From IMG/VR virus record IMGVR_UViG_3300026085_000116, positions 1 to 43,894 of that record: DNA of 43,894 nucleotides, one strand, 5' to 3'. Source of the stretch: a virus. Lineage: Duplodnaviria > Caudoviricetes. The position numbers and the translations under genes were made by a program. Below are positions 1 through 8,179 of the stretch, piece after piece. The notes under the pieces were generated by a model. The model was given only the letters and a program-made list of their open reading frames with translations, ran no database searches and was not told where the DNA came from. Positions within the stretch are counted from its first letter, which is position 1. The number at the start of each line of letters is the position of its first letter.

Positions 1-250
1 CATCATAACCATATGCATCTTCGCTCATCCATGCATTACTTTCTAAATGACTATCATCGTCACGTAGTGCAACCTTAAGTGCTTCACAACGAATGCCTGT
101 CATGTTTGAAATAATAGTAGCAGGTACATTACCGCCTCGTGTAATACCTACAATGTAATCAGGACGCCAATTGTCCTTGTACATTTGATTTACAATACTA
201 ACACACATCTTTTCTACGTCTTGCCAAGTATAGAACTTTTTCTTAATCAT
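1..250 (-). CDS. Purine phosphoribosyltransferase (xanthine/guanine PRT-like); runs off the window edge
   Basis: Not in the ORF track. Manual translation from ATG 250 gives MIKKKFYTWQDVEKMCVSIVNQMYKDNWRPDYIVGITRGGNVPATIISN, matching the type I PRTase N-terminal 'W..(D/E)...IVGI.RGG..PA' signature. Confidence 0.8.
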   Translation of the reverse strand, partial: MIKKKFYTWQDVEKMCVSIVNQMYKDNWRPDYIVGITRGGNVPATIISNMTGIRCEALKVALRDDDSHLESNAWMSEDAYGYD

Positions 251-881
251 GACCTCTCCTAATATCTAACACGTCTTGATTTCCTTTTTGTACAATAACT
301 CCAGTTCCGTTACCGAAACCAGCATTTACAAATTTTAGTGCAGGAACAAATCTTGCACTTGATCTAAACCCTGTTGCACTATGGTTAATAGAACTTTTAA
401 AAAAACAAAAACGACCTGGTATAGGTGCAACACTTATAACTAACGGATCTGTATTACCTTGTACATCTTGTAATTTGTATCCATCTAAGTCGTCAGTAGT
501 AATAAAGAATTTTGTTTCGCCTTTTTCATCTGGTTGCCAAGTACTGTTACAATAATAAAGTAAAGTCCAATCACAGTCATCTTTGTGATAATATGCATCT
601 TCACCTGTAGCAAAAAAATTTAAGTTACTTCTACGATATTCTAATCCTTCAAGGTCTTCTAATTTTTCACTAACTACATTCCAAAGTGTTGACCAAGTGT
701 GTGTATGTTCAAACTCGAAACATTGCAATCCTGTAGGAGGTTGATCTGGATTATCTTTGGTCCCCCATTTAAAACTTAAATTTTGAATTTCGTTTTCAAG
801 TATTTGTATAACTTTAGGATTAAAGACGTTGTCATATGTTTTGATCAAACCACCAAAATATGATGTACGTTTAATCTCCAT
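243..881 (-). CDS. 2OG-Fe(II) oxygenase superfamily protein (prolyl-hydroxylase-like)
   Basis: HxD motif (YYHKDD), LLYYCN..W....GET, distal His (NHSA) and Arg (SARF). Start refined to ATG 881, which has GGAG upstream. Confidence 0.8.
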   Translation of the reverse strand: MEIKRTSYFGGLIKTYDNVFNPKVIQILENEIQNLSFKWGTKDNPDQPPTGLQCFEFEHTHTWSTLWNVVSEKLEDLEGLEYRRSNLNFFATGEDAYYHKDDCDWTLLYYCNSTWQPDEKGETKFFITTDDLDGYKLQDVQGNTDPLVISVAPIPGRFCFFKSSINHSATGFRSSARFVPALKFVNAGFGNGTGVIVQKGNQDVLDIRRGHD

Positions 882-1368
882 CTTTTGCTCCAACACCTAA
901 ATAATCTTCATTGTGAATCCAACGGTAACCTTCGTTTTTAACCCAACGCACAAATCCCCATTCCTTTTGTTTCTTACCCATATAGAATAAACTCCAACAA
1001 GGAATTTCTTTTCCGTCTGCATCTTTTTCTAATTCTAACCAATGCAAGTCGTCTGCTTTACGCATACGAAAGTGTCCTGGTCCTCTCCAAACTCTTGTGC
1101 TACCACATACGTGTCCTTCTTGTGCAAAGACTGGAATATGTTCCCAGTAACCGCCTTTAAGAATAAAAGTAGCATATCCCCATGGATGATCATGAAGTGT
1201 AGGTTCATCACTTACTAATACTTTGTGTAGTGTAATATTAAATGGAAAACGTTTTCGATTTTTGAGAAACACATAATAACGAATTAGATATGGAACCTTT
1301 CCGTCTCTATCATAGATAACTCTTTTACGACCTAAGAAGTCCATTATGTTAGAAAGGAATGTCATCAT
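871..1368 (-). CDS. Phage cupin-like protein
   Basis: LHDHPW...ILKGGYWE...H metal-binding cupin pattern. Start refined to the MM at 1368. Confidence 0.6.
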   Translation of the reverse strand: MMTFLSNIMDFLGRKRVIYDRDGKVPYLIRYYVFLKNRKRFPFNITLHKVLVSDEPTLHDHPWGYATFILKGGYWEHIPVFAQEGHVCGSTRVWRGPGHFRMRKADDLHWLELEKDADGKEIPCWSLFYMGKKQKEWGFVRWVKNEGYRWIHNEDYLGVGAKDGD

Positions 1369-1729
1369 TTTTTCTACCTTTGTAATCGTCCTTAACAAAA
1401 TTATAAATTTCGATAAATTTTAAATACTGCAATTTTAGTGACGGATAAATTTCTATCATTTTCTTTACATCATATTCGCTTGGCCATGGTGCTGGACTTT
1501 CATCATATGCATCATAGTCTCCAAATGTAGGTGCAAAAGTTGATGTCATACCGCCAACAGTTTCACCAGAATATGTAATAGTTCCTGTATTGTAGTCCTC
1601 TAAAGATCCATCATGATAGTTGTCTAACTTAATAGTATAAGTTCCGTCAGTGTCTATAGTACCAATAGTATCTGTATCACCTGTATCATATGAAATGGTT
1701 AATTCTTTATCTAACTCACCGTTATCCAT
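1349..1729 (-). CDS. Acidic hypothetical protein ending in an SSB-like DDIPF tail
   Basis: 126-aa ORF overlapping both neighbours; D/T-rich N-terminal half; C-terminus NDDIPF. Confidence 0.6.
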   Translation of the reverse strand: MDNGELDKELTISYDTGDTDTIGTIDTDGTYTIKLDNYHDGSLEDYNTGTITYSGETVGGMTSTFAPTFGDYDAYDESPAPWPSEYDVKKMIEIYPSLKLQYLKFIEIYNFVKDDYKGRKNDDIPF

Positions 1730-2783
1730 TTAAAATATCCTTGTATAGTTTTTTACCATTAAAAAATTCTTGTGCTAACTTTAATGTTTGTTTTTGCATT
1801 GGAACAAGATACTCTTTATAATTTTCCATATAGTCTATAATTTTATCCATTACTTGTTTTTTGTTTTGTTTGTATGACTCAAAACTTTCAGTCCATTTAC
1901 TTGGATACTTAAATTCTTTCAAAGCCATTTCACTATAACTTAATCTATCTGGAACCATAGGAATAGTGTTAACTAACACACCTTCATACCAACTAATGCC
2001 AAGTGTTTCTTGTAAGTTTGCACTGAATACCAGTTTTGCCCTACCAAGTAAATTATGATATTCATTTTTTGTAAGTTGTTTTTCTTGACAAACTATAAAT
2101 TCATATTGTGGTAATGCTTCTTTTAAATCTGCAAAAATTTGTGGTTGTTTTTCTGGAGCAATTCTATGTGGAAATAAAATAATGTTTTCTTTATCCATAT
2201 TCTTATACATAGTAAAACTATCAGACAAATATTCCATAGGCCAACCAACACGTTTTGATTTTTTAAATTGTTCTAATGAAACCTTTCCTACAAATGCTTC
2301 TTCAAACATATTAATGTGAAACTCTGTAGCAAAAAAGTTATGATCATAACATTCGTACATAGATATTTCAGCATTACGTACCCAAGGTTTATCACCTATT
2401 AGTCTACCCAAGAAGTCGTGTGGGTCATAACTACCAGCGTGCCAGAGGCCACCAATGCGAATGCTAACACCCAATAACTCTGCCATGTAACGTAATTGTA
2501 TAACTGTAGGATTCCAGGCATCAGTATATAAAAAATAATCGCCATCTTTGATTTCACCATTACAAAACATTTCTCCTATTTTTTCAAGTTGTTTTGATTT
2601 GTAAACATTTGTTCCGCCAAAATTGAGAAATGCCCCAGGCGTAGTAGCCTGAGGCGTTTCCCCACCACTAATAACTTTTACGTTCATATTTGTAGCACGT
2701 TGAAGTTGCTTAGGAAGATGTTCCTTCCATTGCTTTGTGTAGCGTGTATCTACTGCTTCAATGTCTACAATATAAACTGTCAT
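1722..2783 (-). CDS. GT-B fold glycosyltransferase (Glycos_transf_1/GT4-like)
   Basis: FPHRIAPEKQP and QETLGISWYEG, corresponding to the R..xxK and ExxGxxxxE nucleotide-sugar binding motifs of retaining GT-B enzymes. Confidence 0.75.
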   Translation of the reverse strand: MTVYIVDIEAVDTRYTKQWKEHLPKQLQRATNMNVKVISGGETPQATTPGAFLNFGGTNVYKSKQLEKIGEMFCNGEIKDGDYFLYTDAWNPTVIQLRYMAELLGVSIRIGGLWHAGSYDPHDFLGRLIGDKPWVRNAEISMYECYDHNFFATEFHINMFEEAFVGKVSLEQFKKSKRVGWPMEYLSDSFTMYKNMDKENIILFPHRIAPEKQPQIFADLKEALPQYEFIVCQEKQLTKNEYHNLLGRAKLVFSANLQETLGISWYEGVLVNTIPMVPDRLSYSEMALKEFKYPSKWTESFESYKQNKKQVMDKIIDYMENYKEYLVPMQKQTLKLAQEFFNGKKLYKDILNG

Positions 2784-3010
2784 TAGTGCCTCCTATTGAA
2801 CTTCTTTTTAAAGTTTGGGCGAGGACGCTTACCTTTTCTAAACGAACAGTAAGTTCTCCACGCTTCGCTTTTATTATTATACAAGTCTCGTTCGTCAAAC
2901 TTGTATGCACGATTGTAACCTAACACCCAAGAACTCGCACAAAATTCTTTGAATGCTTCAAGATCAGTAAAGATCTTGTTGTAAGTTTCACGATCAAACT
3001 CAATCGCCAT
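2783..3010 (-). CDS. Hypothetical protein with basic C-terminus
   Basis: Start refined to ATG 3010 with GAGAGG upstream; its stop overlaps the start of the next gene. Confidence 0.6.
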   Translation of the reverse strand: MAIEFDRETYNKIFTDLEAFKEFCASSWVLGYNRAYKFDERDLYNNKSEAWRTYCSFRKGKRPRPNFKKKFNRRH

Positions 3011-3023
3011 TTTCTGATACCTC

Positions 3024-3467
3024 TCAGTATTTTGGGTACTCAATATGGGCACCGTTCTCACCGTCTTCACTTATATCGATGTGAACTTCACGCCCGGGGA
3101 ATTTTTCAGCGATCTTTTCATAAAGATCATCTGACATCATTTCGCATGACTTGTAATCTAAATTTAGTGTTCCTTCGCTATATAGTTTCTCCATCCATCG
3201 TTTGAATTGAATAAATTCGATATCTCTGTCATTGTGTGTAACAGTAATACCGACCTTGAAATGGAATATGTGTCTATGTGGATAACCTAAAAACGACACA
3301 TCATCCCAGTCACCTGTTGCAAGTTTAGGATCGTCTAAAGCCGCAGGATACTTGTGGATACCTTCCTTTCGGAATGTTACCCAAATCATTCTTTTTGCTG
3401 TTCTCATAATCTTTTCTTGTCTTTCTGTTTCAGCGTGTGCTTTCAACATTTGTTCAGTTATACCCAT
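3024..3467 (-). CDS. QueD/6-pyruvoyltetrahydropterin synthase-like T-fold protein
   Basis: His in EGIH, HxH (HRH), (I/V)xF (IEF), SCE (equivalent to the PTxE/STE Glu) and terminal ISEDGENGA follow the QueD/PTPS motif order. Confidence 0.65.
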   Translation of the reverse strand: MGITEQMLKAHAETERQEKIMRTAKRMIWVTFRKEGIHKYPAALDDPKLATGDWDDVSFLGYPHRHIFHFKVGITVTHNDRDIEFIQFKRWMEKLYSEGTLNLDYKSCEMMSDDLYEKIAEKFPGREVHIDISEDGENGAHIEYPKY

Positions 3468-3496
3468 AGTATACTACCTTTACTCCTCGTTGTCAA
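3468..3496 (-). promoter_or_regulatory. Sigma70-type promoter TTGACA-N17-TATACT
   Basis: Minus strand reads TTGACA ACGAGGAGTAAAGGTAG TATACT directly upstream of the QueD-like ORF. Confidence 0.7.
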
Positions 3497-4022
3497 CCGG
3501 ATTATCATTTTCATATTTGGACCAATCTGTAAATTTTGAACGCTCTTGTAAATCGTGTACTTGATGAATCCAAACACCGGCGTTTGTTGCTTTAAAGTCT
3601 TTGTCGTCAATCTTAATACAAGCATTGTAATTAAGTTGATTAATGTAAGGAAGTTTTACACTAATTTGGCTAATGAATTTTTCTTTTTCATTGTAACCAC
3701 TTTCCAAAACCCACTCGTGATATTTTACATCATAGTCAAGTGTTACATGATAACCTTCTTCAAGCAACCCATAAATTAGTGTATCCCAAGCCTTGTTAGA
3801 TGCTTCTTCACCATTTGGTAAAACTACTTCAAAACTTTGGTTAGCACCTAAGTAAATATGATCTACGTGCTTTTCTTTTGCTTGTTCTAATACTTCATCT
3901 AACGGACGACATCCAACTACAAATAGTGTATCCATATCGTATGCTGGTGTTTTCTCTACTTCATAACCAGTAAAGTAAACAACATCATCTTTTACAACAC
4001 CGTCTGAGTAATCACGTTTCAC
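3480..4022 (-). CDS. Phage hypothetical protein, possibly a degenerate QueE-like protein without CxxxCxxC
   Basis: 180-aa ORF between the QueD-like and TGT-like genes; motif order loosely parallels QueE (see findings). The ORF is secure; the function is speculative. Confidence 0.5.
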   Translation of the reverse strand: MKRDYSDGVVKDDVVYFTGYEVEKTPAYDMDTLFVVGCRPLDEVLEQAKEKHVDHIYLGANQSFEVVLPNGEEASNKAWDTLIYGLLEEGYHVTLDYDVKYHEWVLESGYNEKEKFISQISVKLPYINQLNYNACIKIDDKDFKATNAGVWIHQVHDLQERSKFTDWSKYENDNPVDNEE

Positions 4023-4213
4023 TTTTGAAAGTCCTTCATTAAGTTATTGATTTGATCTTTAATTGCTAATTTTGTTTTCTTTAATTTAAGTAAAAGACTT
4101 TTGTGTGAAAAAGATCTATCGTGTTGTCTTTCATCTTCAAGTTCTGTTACTTTTTTATCATACCATGCATGATGTTCTTTTAGTTTTTCGATTTTCTTAC
4201 TTGCTTTTGCCAT
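4019..4213 (-). CDS. DUF465/YdcH-like small coiled-coil protein
   Basis: LKEHHAWYDKKVTELE...LKKTKLAIKDQI pattern; ATG 4213 with GAGGAG RBS. Confidence 0.7.
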   Translation of the reverse strand: MAKASKKIEKLKEHHAWYDKKVTELEDERQHDRSFSHKSLLLKLKKTKLAIKDQINNLMKDFQK

Positions 4214-4214
4214 T

Positions 4215-5672
4215 TTATAACTCCTCAAAGAGGCTACCAAATTGCGTTTGGGCATTAACCGTCTTCTTTCCTGTTGCGCCTCGGGTGCCAATAATTGACA
4301 TCCAAAACTTGTTAAATTCTTCTATTACCGCGTTTGCTTCGTCTCTGTTGTCAGTTGCAAATATTGCCTCTACAACATCTCTAAAAAATAACCTGTCAAA
4401 GCGTTCTTCGACAAGCATTGCTGGAATAACTCCATTGTCGTAATGTCTGTTTGCTTCTTGTACTGCATTAATATGACTCCATACATTATGACCCATTTGG
4501 ATCGCATAACTAAAACTATCCCAACTTGTTTTGCCTTCTTTGCCTATTTTATTTAGATCGCCTGGTGCGTATATACACACATCTTTTGCCTTTAAATTCT
4601 GTGTTACAGGACTATTAAGAAAACTTCTATGTTTACCTTCACGAACAAATGCATCACTAAATGGTGATAAATCTGTTGCAAGTGCCTTATCATCAATACT
4701 TGGCACCATTCTGTAAACCCATTTCTTTCTATCCTGTGTTTCAAGTTCACAATAGATTTGACCGTTTGCAGTTGCTAAGAACGGACTTGCACAATCAAAT
4801 GTAATTGTAAAGTTTGGATTATGATACTTACGAACTGCTCTTTGAATGTCTGTTAATAGTGTTGCCCACTCTAACTTACTTGTACCTAAGAAGTGCATAA
4901 AATCATGTTTACCTTTTTCGAGCAAACCGTCAAAACGTAATGCAACCATTCTTTTAAGAACAAGATGTACATCACACATATTCTGACCACCCATTGACCA
5001 ACCATTAAAATGTGTGTCAGGATATTTTTTAGGATCACAGTAGTCTTTCATCTGTTGATACCAATCTTCTGCATCAGCGTGATTTTCACCTTGTAGAACG
5101 TTTAAGAACTTACAGTTACCGTTGCGGTTAGCCATAAAGTAATCATTGTTAATACGTGTAGCATTTACGGCATCTTGATAGTTGTCAATACCTGTTGCTT
5201 TTGCACCCGCAGGTGAACGTGCTACCCAGGCTGGAATATCAAGGATCATTCCATAGTCCATATAAGCGTCCATCCAAGTAAGAACTTGTTCACGTTTCTT
5301 TTTAGCCTTAGGACAATTAGGATCCTTCCAATCACCTTCCCATACGCCTTTACCAATCTGGAAACCGCCTGAGTCACCAAGTAACCACGAGTTATTTCTA
5401 TCTCTGTTTCGAATCATATCTTCTTTAGGTGCGTCCTTGTTTACATCAAGTTCTGCGTGTCCTGCGGAATATAAACTCCAATGATAATTAAAAAGTCCGT
5501 CTTGCTTGTTAAACCAATTAAGACTTTCCATCTCGTTGTTAGGAAAAGGAATACGACTTTTGTCTACGTATTCTTCTCTACGTTGTTTGCCAATGAAAGT
5601 CGCATAGAAACCACTGATCGCTGGCAAAAATATAGCGTAGTCTTTTTGTTCTTTTGTTAAGTCTGTATTCAA
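4215..5672 (-). CDS. tRNA-guanine transglycosylase (TGT)/DpdA-like base-exchange enzyme
   Basis: DSGGFQ, MILDIP, VLQG, SMGG, HFLG and TFDCAS appear in the TGT TIM-barrel order. Likely TTG start at 5672 after GGAG. Confidence 0.8.
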   Translation of the reverse strand: MNTDLTKEQKDYAIFLPAISGFYATFIGKQRREEYVDKSRIPFPNNEMESLNWFNKQDGLFNYHWSLYSAGHAELDVNKDAPKEDMIRNRDRNNSWLLGDSGGFQIGKGVWEGDWKDPNCPKAKKKREQVLTWMDAYMDYGMILDIPAWVARSPAGAKATGIDNYQDAVNATRINNDYFMANRNGNCKFLNVLQGENHADAEDWYQQMKDYCDPKKYPDTHFNGWSMGGQNMCDVHLVLKRMVALRFDGLLEKGKHDFMHFLGTSKLEWATLLTDIQRAVRKYHNPNFTITFDCASPFLATANGQIYCELETQDRKKWVYRMVPSIDDKALATDLSPFSDAFVREGKHRSFLNSPVTQNLKAKDVCIYAPGDLNKIGKEGKTSWDSFSYAIQMGHNVWSHINAVQEANRHYDNGVIPAMLVEERFDRLFFRDVVEAIFATDNRDEANAVIEEFNKFWMSIIGTRGATGKKTVNAQTQFGSLFEEL

Positions 5673-5684
5673 CTTATTCTCCAA

Positions 5685-5876
5685 TTATCCAAAGGCTTTG
5701 ATTGCTAAAAGCGGAACAAGCCACGGGTAAACTAAATGTTCTATTAATTCGTATATTACTAATGCTGTTAATAATATTGCCCATAGTTTACTTGTCTTTG
5801 CTTTTTTACTAACATAGTTAAAAACTTTACTATGCCACTTGCCTATTTTTTCTACTATACCTGGTTTCTTCGCCAT
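5685..5876 (-). CDS. Small membrane protein
   Basis: 63 aa with a hydrophobic C-terminal half; fills the gap between genes. Confidence 0.6.
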   Translation of the reverse strand: MAKKPGIVEKIGKWHSKVFNYVSKKAKTSKLWAILLTALVIYELIEHLVYPWLVPLLAIKAFG

Positions 5877-5882
5877 AAACCC

Positions 5883-6611
5883 TTACTTGGTTTGTGCAGG
5901 AAGAATGTAATTGTATTCTGCCAAACCACTGTCGACAGTAAGTTGCATAGCACCTTGATCTGAAATGCTCATGGTAACCTTACCATCTAAGTTTAGAATT
6001 GCTTGTACCTGTGCTACTGGCCATGCCCAAGAGTGTTTCAAACTGCCTTGAATGCCTGGATGAAATACAAATGAACCTGCGTGTTGTGATGCATCACCAA
6101 AACTAAACACAAGGTTGTTATTTTCTGTTTTAACTGTAAACACAGTTTCTTCAGAGTGTGCAAGACTTTGGAACTTCATTCTTTGAATTGCCGCTATTGA
6201 CGGTTCAACAACAACGTCCCATTGTGCGCCTTTGAACTTAACAGTCTTAAGTTTTTCCTCAATGATCTGTTTATTCATAAAGCGATAATCGTTTTCAAAA
6301 TCACCTGCTTCGTTTTCAAAGTGAATATGTGTTGGAACAGTTTCGCCATTACGCTCTGCCTGTTCTACAGTAATTTTAGAATTCTTTTGATATTCTGGAC
6401 ATTTCAAATGCAAACTTAACTTATCTAAGTTAGGCATTCCAAATGTACCTGTAAATTCTGCTACAGGATTTTTAGTTTTAGAACTAAGAATAACTGAACG
6501 ATCTTCTGCCATCGATTCGATAGTAGTGTCAGTTTCGTTTGTTACCTTAACAATGTTAAGAAAGCCTAACGAATGTGTATGGGCAACAATGTCTTGTAAG
6601 ATGTCTTTCAT
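5883..6611 (-). CDS. Sliding clamp (gp45/PCNA-like)
   Basis: 242 aa with a two-domain alpha/beta pattern and PCNA-like C-terminal YILP; PolB and a clamp loader are in the same window; AGGAG RBS. Confidence 0.6.
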   Translation of the reverse strand: MKDILQDIVAHTHSLGFLNIVKVTNETDTTIESMAEDRSVILSSKTKNPVAEFTGTFGMPNLDKLSLHLKCPEYQKNSKITVEQAERNGETVPTHIHFENEAGDFENDYRFMNKQIIEEKLKTVKFKGAQWDVVVEPSIAAIQRMKFQSLAHSEETVFTVKTENNNLVFSFGDASQHAGSFVFHPGIQGSLKHSWAWPVAQVQAILNLDGKVTMSISDQGAMQLTVDSGLAEYNYILPAQTK

Positions 6612-6632
6612 GATTGGTCTCCTATTGTTTAT

Positions 6633-6661
6633 ATTATATTTAGAAAATTATGATTTGTCAA
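6633..6661 (-). promoter_or_regulatory. Perfect sigma70 consensus promoter
   Basis: TTGACA AATCATAATTTTCTAAA TATAAT (17-nt spacer) upstream of the clamp gene. Confidence 0.85.
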
Positions 6662-7385
6662 GTGTTTTTTCTTGGCTAACAAAACTTAATGCATCAATTT
6701 CAGGCTTCCACCCAATACTTTTTAATTGAGTAATATCTGCAATATTATCTTTTCGTTCGTGTTCGTCGCCAAGCCTTTCTTCATATTTTTCTAATCCTAC
6801 TGCTTTACAGTAATCTGATAATGGTCTTGAAATACCAGTACCAACATCAATTACTCCTGTCAATTCATTTGACAACAATTGAGTAACTGCTCTACACACA
6901 TCTGAGATATGTATAAAATCTCGTTTATGATCTACATTAATAAATGTAACTTCATTGTTTAATAATTTCGGTATGAACATATAGTCTCTACCTTCACCGC
7001 CAATAACAGTTGTAAATCTTAGGCCTAAACAATGTTCTGGTGCTAATCTTTCTACAACATATTTGGACATTGCATAAGGGTTTCTTTGTGGTTCTTTTGC
7101 AGTACTTGAACTTGCATATAAAATTCTTGTATTTGGAAATGCTTTAAATAATCTATTTGATGCAACAACATTGTTATCAAAATATTCTTGTGGATTTGCA
7201 AGACTCTTTCTTACACCACTCATTGCCGCTAAATGCACAATTATATCTACATCATAATCTAAATTACAAGTAAGTAAATCATTACCTGACTTAATATCTA
7301 AACCAATTACTTCGTGGAGGCCTGCCCAATATTTTTTAAGTGTTGAACCAATCATTCCGTCACTGCCTGTTAATAAAATCTTCAT
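6648..7385 (-). CDS. NAD-dependent epimerase/dehydratase (extended SDR)
   Basis: TGSDGMIG Rossmann motif, HLAA, YASS, YxxxK (YAMSK), RDFIHISD. Confidence 0.9.
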   Translation of the reverse strand: MKILLTGSDGMIGSTLKKYWAGLHEVIGLDIKSGNDLLTCNLDYDVDIIVHLAAMSGVRKSLANPQEYFDNNVVASNRLFKAFPNTRILYASSSTAKEPQRNPYAMSKYVVERLAPEHCLGLRFTTVIGGEGRDYMFIPKLLNNEVTFINVDHKRDFIHISDVCRAVTQLLSNELTGVIDVGTGISRPLSDYCKAVGLEKYEERLGDEHERKDNIADITQLKSIGWKPEIDALSFVSQEKTLDKS

Positions 7386-7774
7386 GCCGCAATCTCCTCC
7401 TCAATATATCTTTTTAATTCGTGGTCTCCTACGTTCTCAGGAATTTCATTTTTATAAAAAAGTCTATAACTGTCAGAACCGTACTTACCAATACCGTATA
7501 ATTGTGTAGCATCTTCACCATCCCAATCTCCAAACTGTTCACTCATTCGATACAGTCTTTCTGCTCGAACGTGCTTCATACCAAGTGGAGCAATTACTTC
7601 TTCTATTTCATTGCGTGTTGCGTGTAGTAAACTTGAGTGTGTAGGCCACTTAGCAAAGAACTTAGGTAGCACTGCTTTAACTTGTTTACGATTAGTTTGA
7701 TTCAAACAAATAACACCAACCATATGTTGCCATACGTTGTCTACTTGTTGTTGTACCATTAAATCATCACGCAT
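7382..7774 (-). CDS. MBD4-like HhH-GPD DNA glycosylase
   Basis: W..MV..ICLNQT..KQV, PLGM...RA, HhH LYGIGKYGSDSYRLF, and catalytic Asp in DHEL..Y. Start refined to ATG 7774. Confidence 0.8.
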   Translation of the reverse strand: MRDDLMVQQQVDNVWQHMVGVICLNQTNRKQVKAVLPKFFAKWPTHSSLLHATRNEIEEVIAPLGMKHVRAERLYRMSEQFGDWDGEDATQLYGIGKYGSDSYRLFYKNEIPENVGDHELKRYIEEEIAA

Positions 7775-7856
7775 TAGAGTTTCCTTTATTAGCAAGTTTA
7801 CATGAACTCCACTTACAATTTTTATCAATCTTCTTTTTACAAATTACACAGATCAT
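7767..7856 (-). CDS. 29-aa Cys-rich small protein
   Basis: MICVICKKKIDKNCKWSSCKLANKGNSNA; ATGA overlap with the cupin stop and an 8-nt overlap with the glycosylase start. Confidence 0.5.
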   Translation of the reverse strand: MICVICKKKIDKNCKWSSCKLANKGNSNA

Positions 7857-8179
7857 ATAGTCCTTTCACCTTGAAATACACAAACAAAATATAATTCATC
7901 ATCACCTGCGTGTACTCTGTGGAATACACCGTCTTTAATTAAAACAGTGTCACCTGGATATACACTAAAGGTATCATTGTCAAGTTGCATATTACCTGTA
8001 CCTTCAATAAACAAGTAAACTTCTTCTTGACCTTCATGTTTGTGTCCTGTTGTACTTTTATTAGGGTTTAATCTTGTAGAACTTACAACAAGATTTTTTA
8101 ATACTTTATTATCTTTTACAGTATAGCGATCGTCCTTTTTAACAACTTCACCGCCTATATCCCAATTACCGTATTTCAT
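7853..8179 (-). CDS. Cupin_2 domain protein
   Basis: HKHEGQEEVYLFIEGTG...PGD.V.I..G.FH cupin motifs 1 and 2. Confidence 0.85.
   Translation of the reverse strand: MKYGNWDIGGEVVKKDDRYTVKDNKVLKNLVVSSTRLNPNKSTTGHKHEGQEEVYLFIEGTGNMQLDNDTFSVYPGDTVLIKDGVFHRVHAGDDELYFVCVFQGERTI

Noticed and set aside
4215-5672. Calling the gene canonical tgt (tRNA queuosine insertion)
   Set aside because: It lacks the CxCxxC zinc motif, is highly divergent and sits among DNA replication genes; the substrate cannot be fixed from sequence, so no symbol was given.
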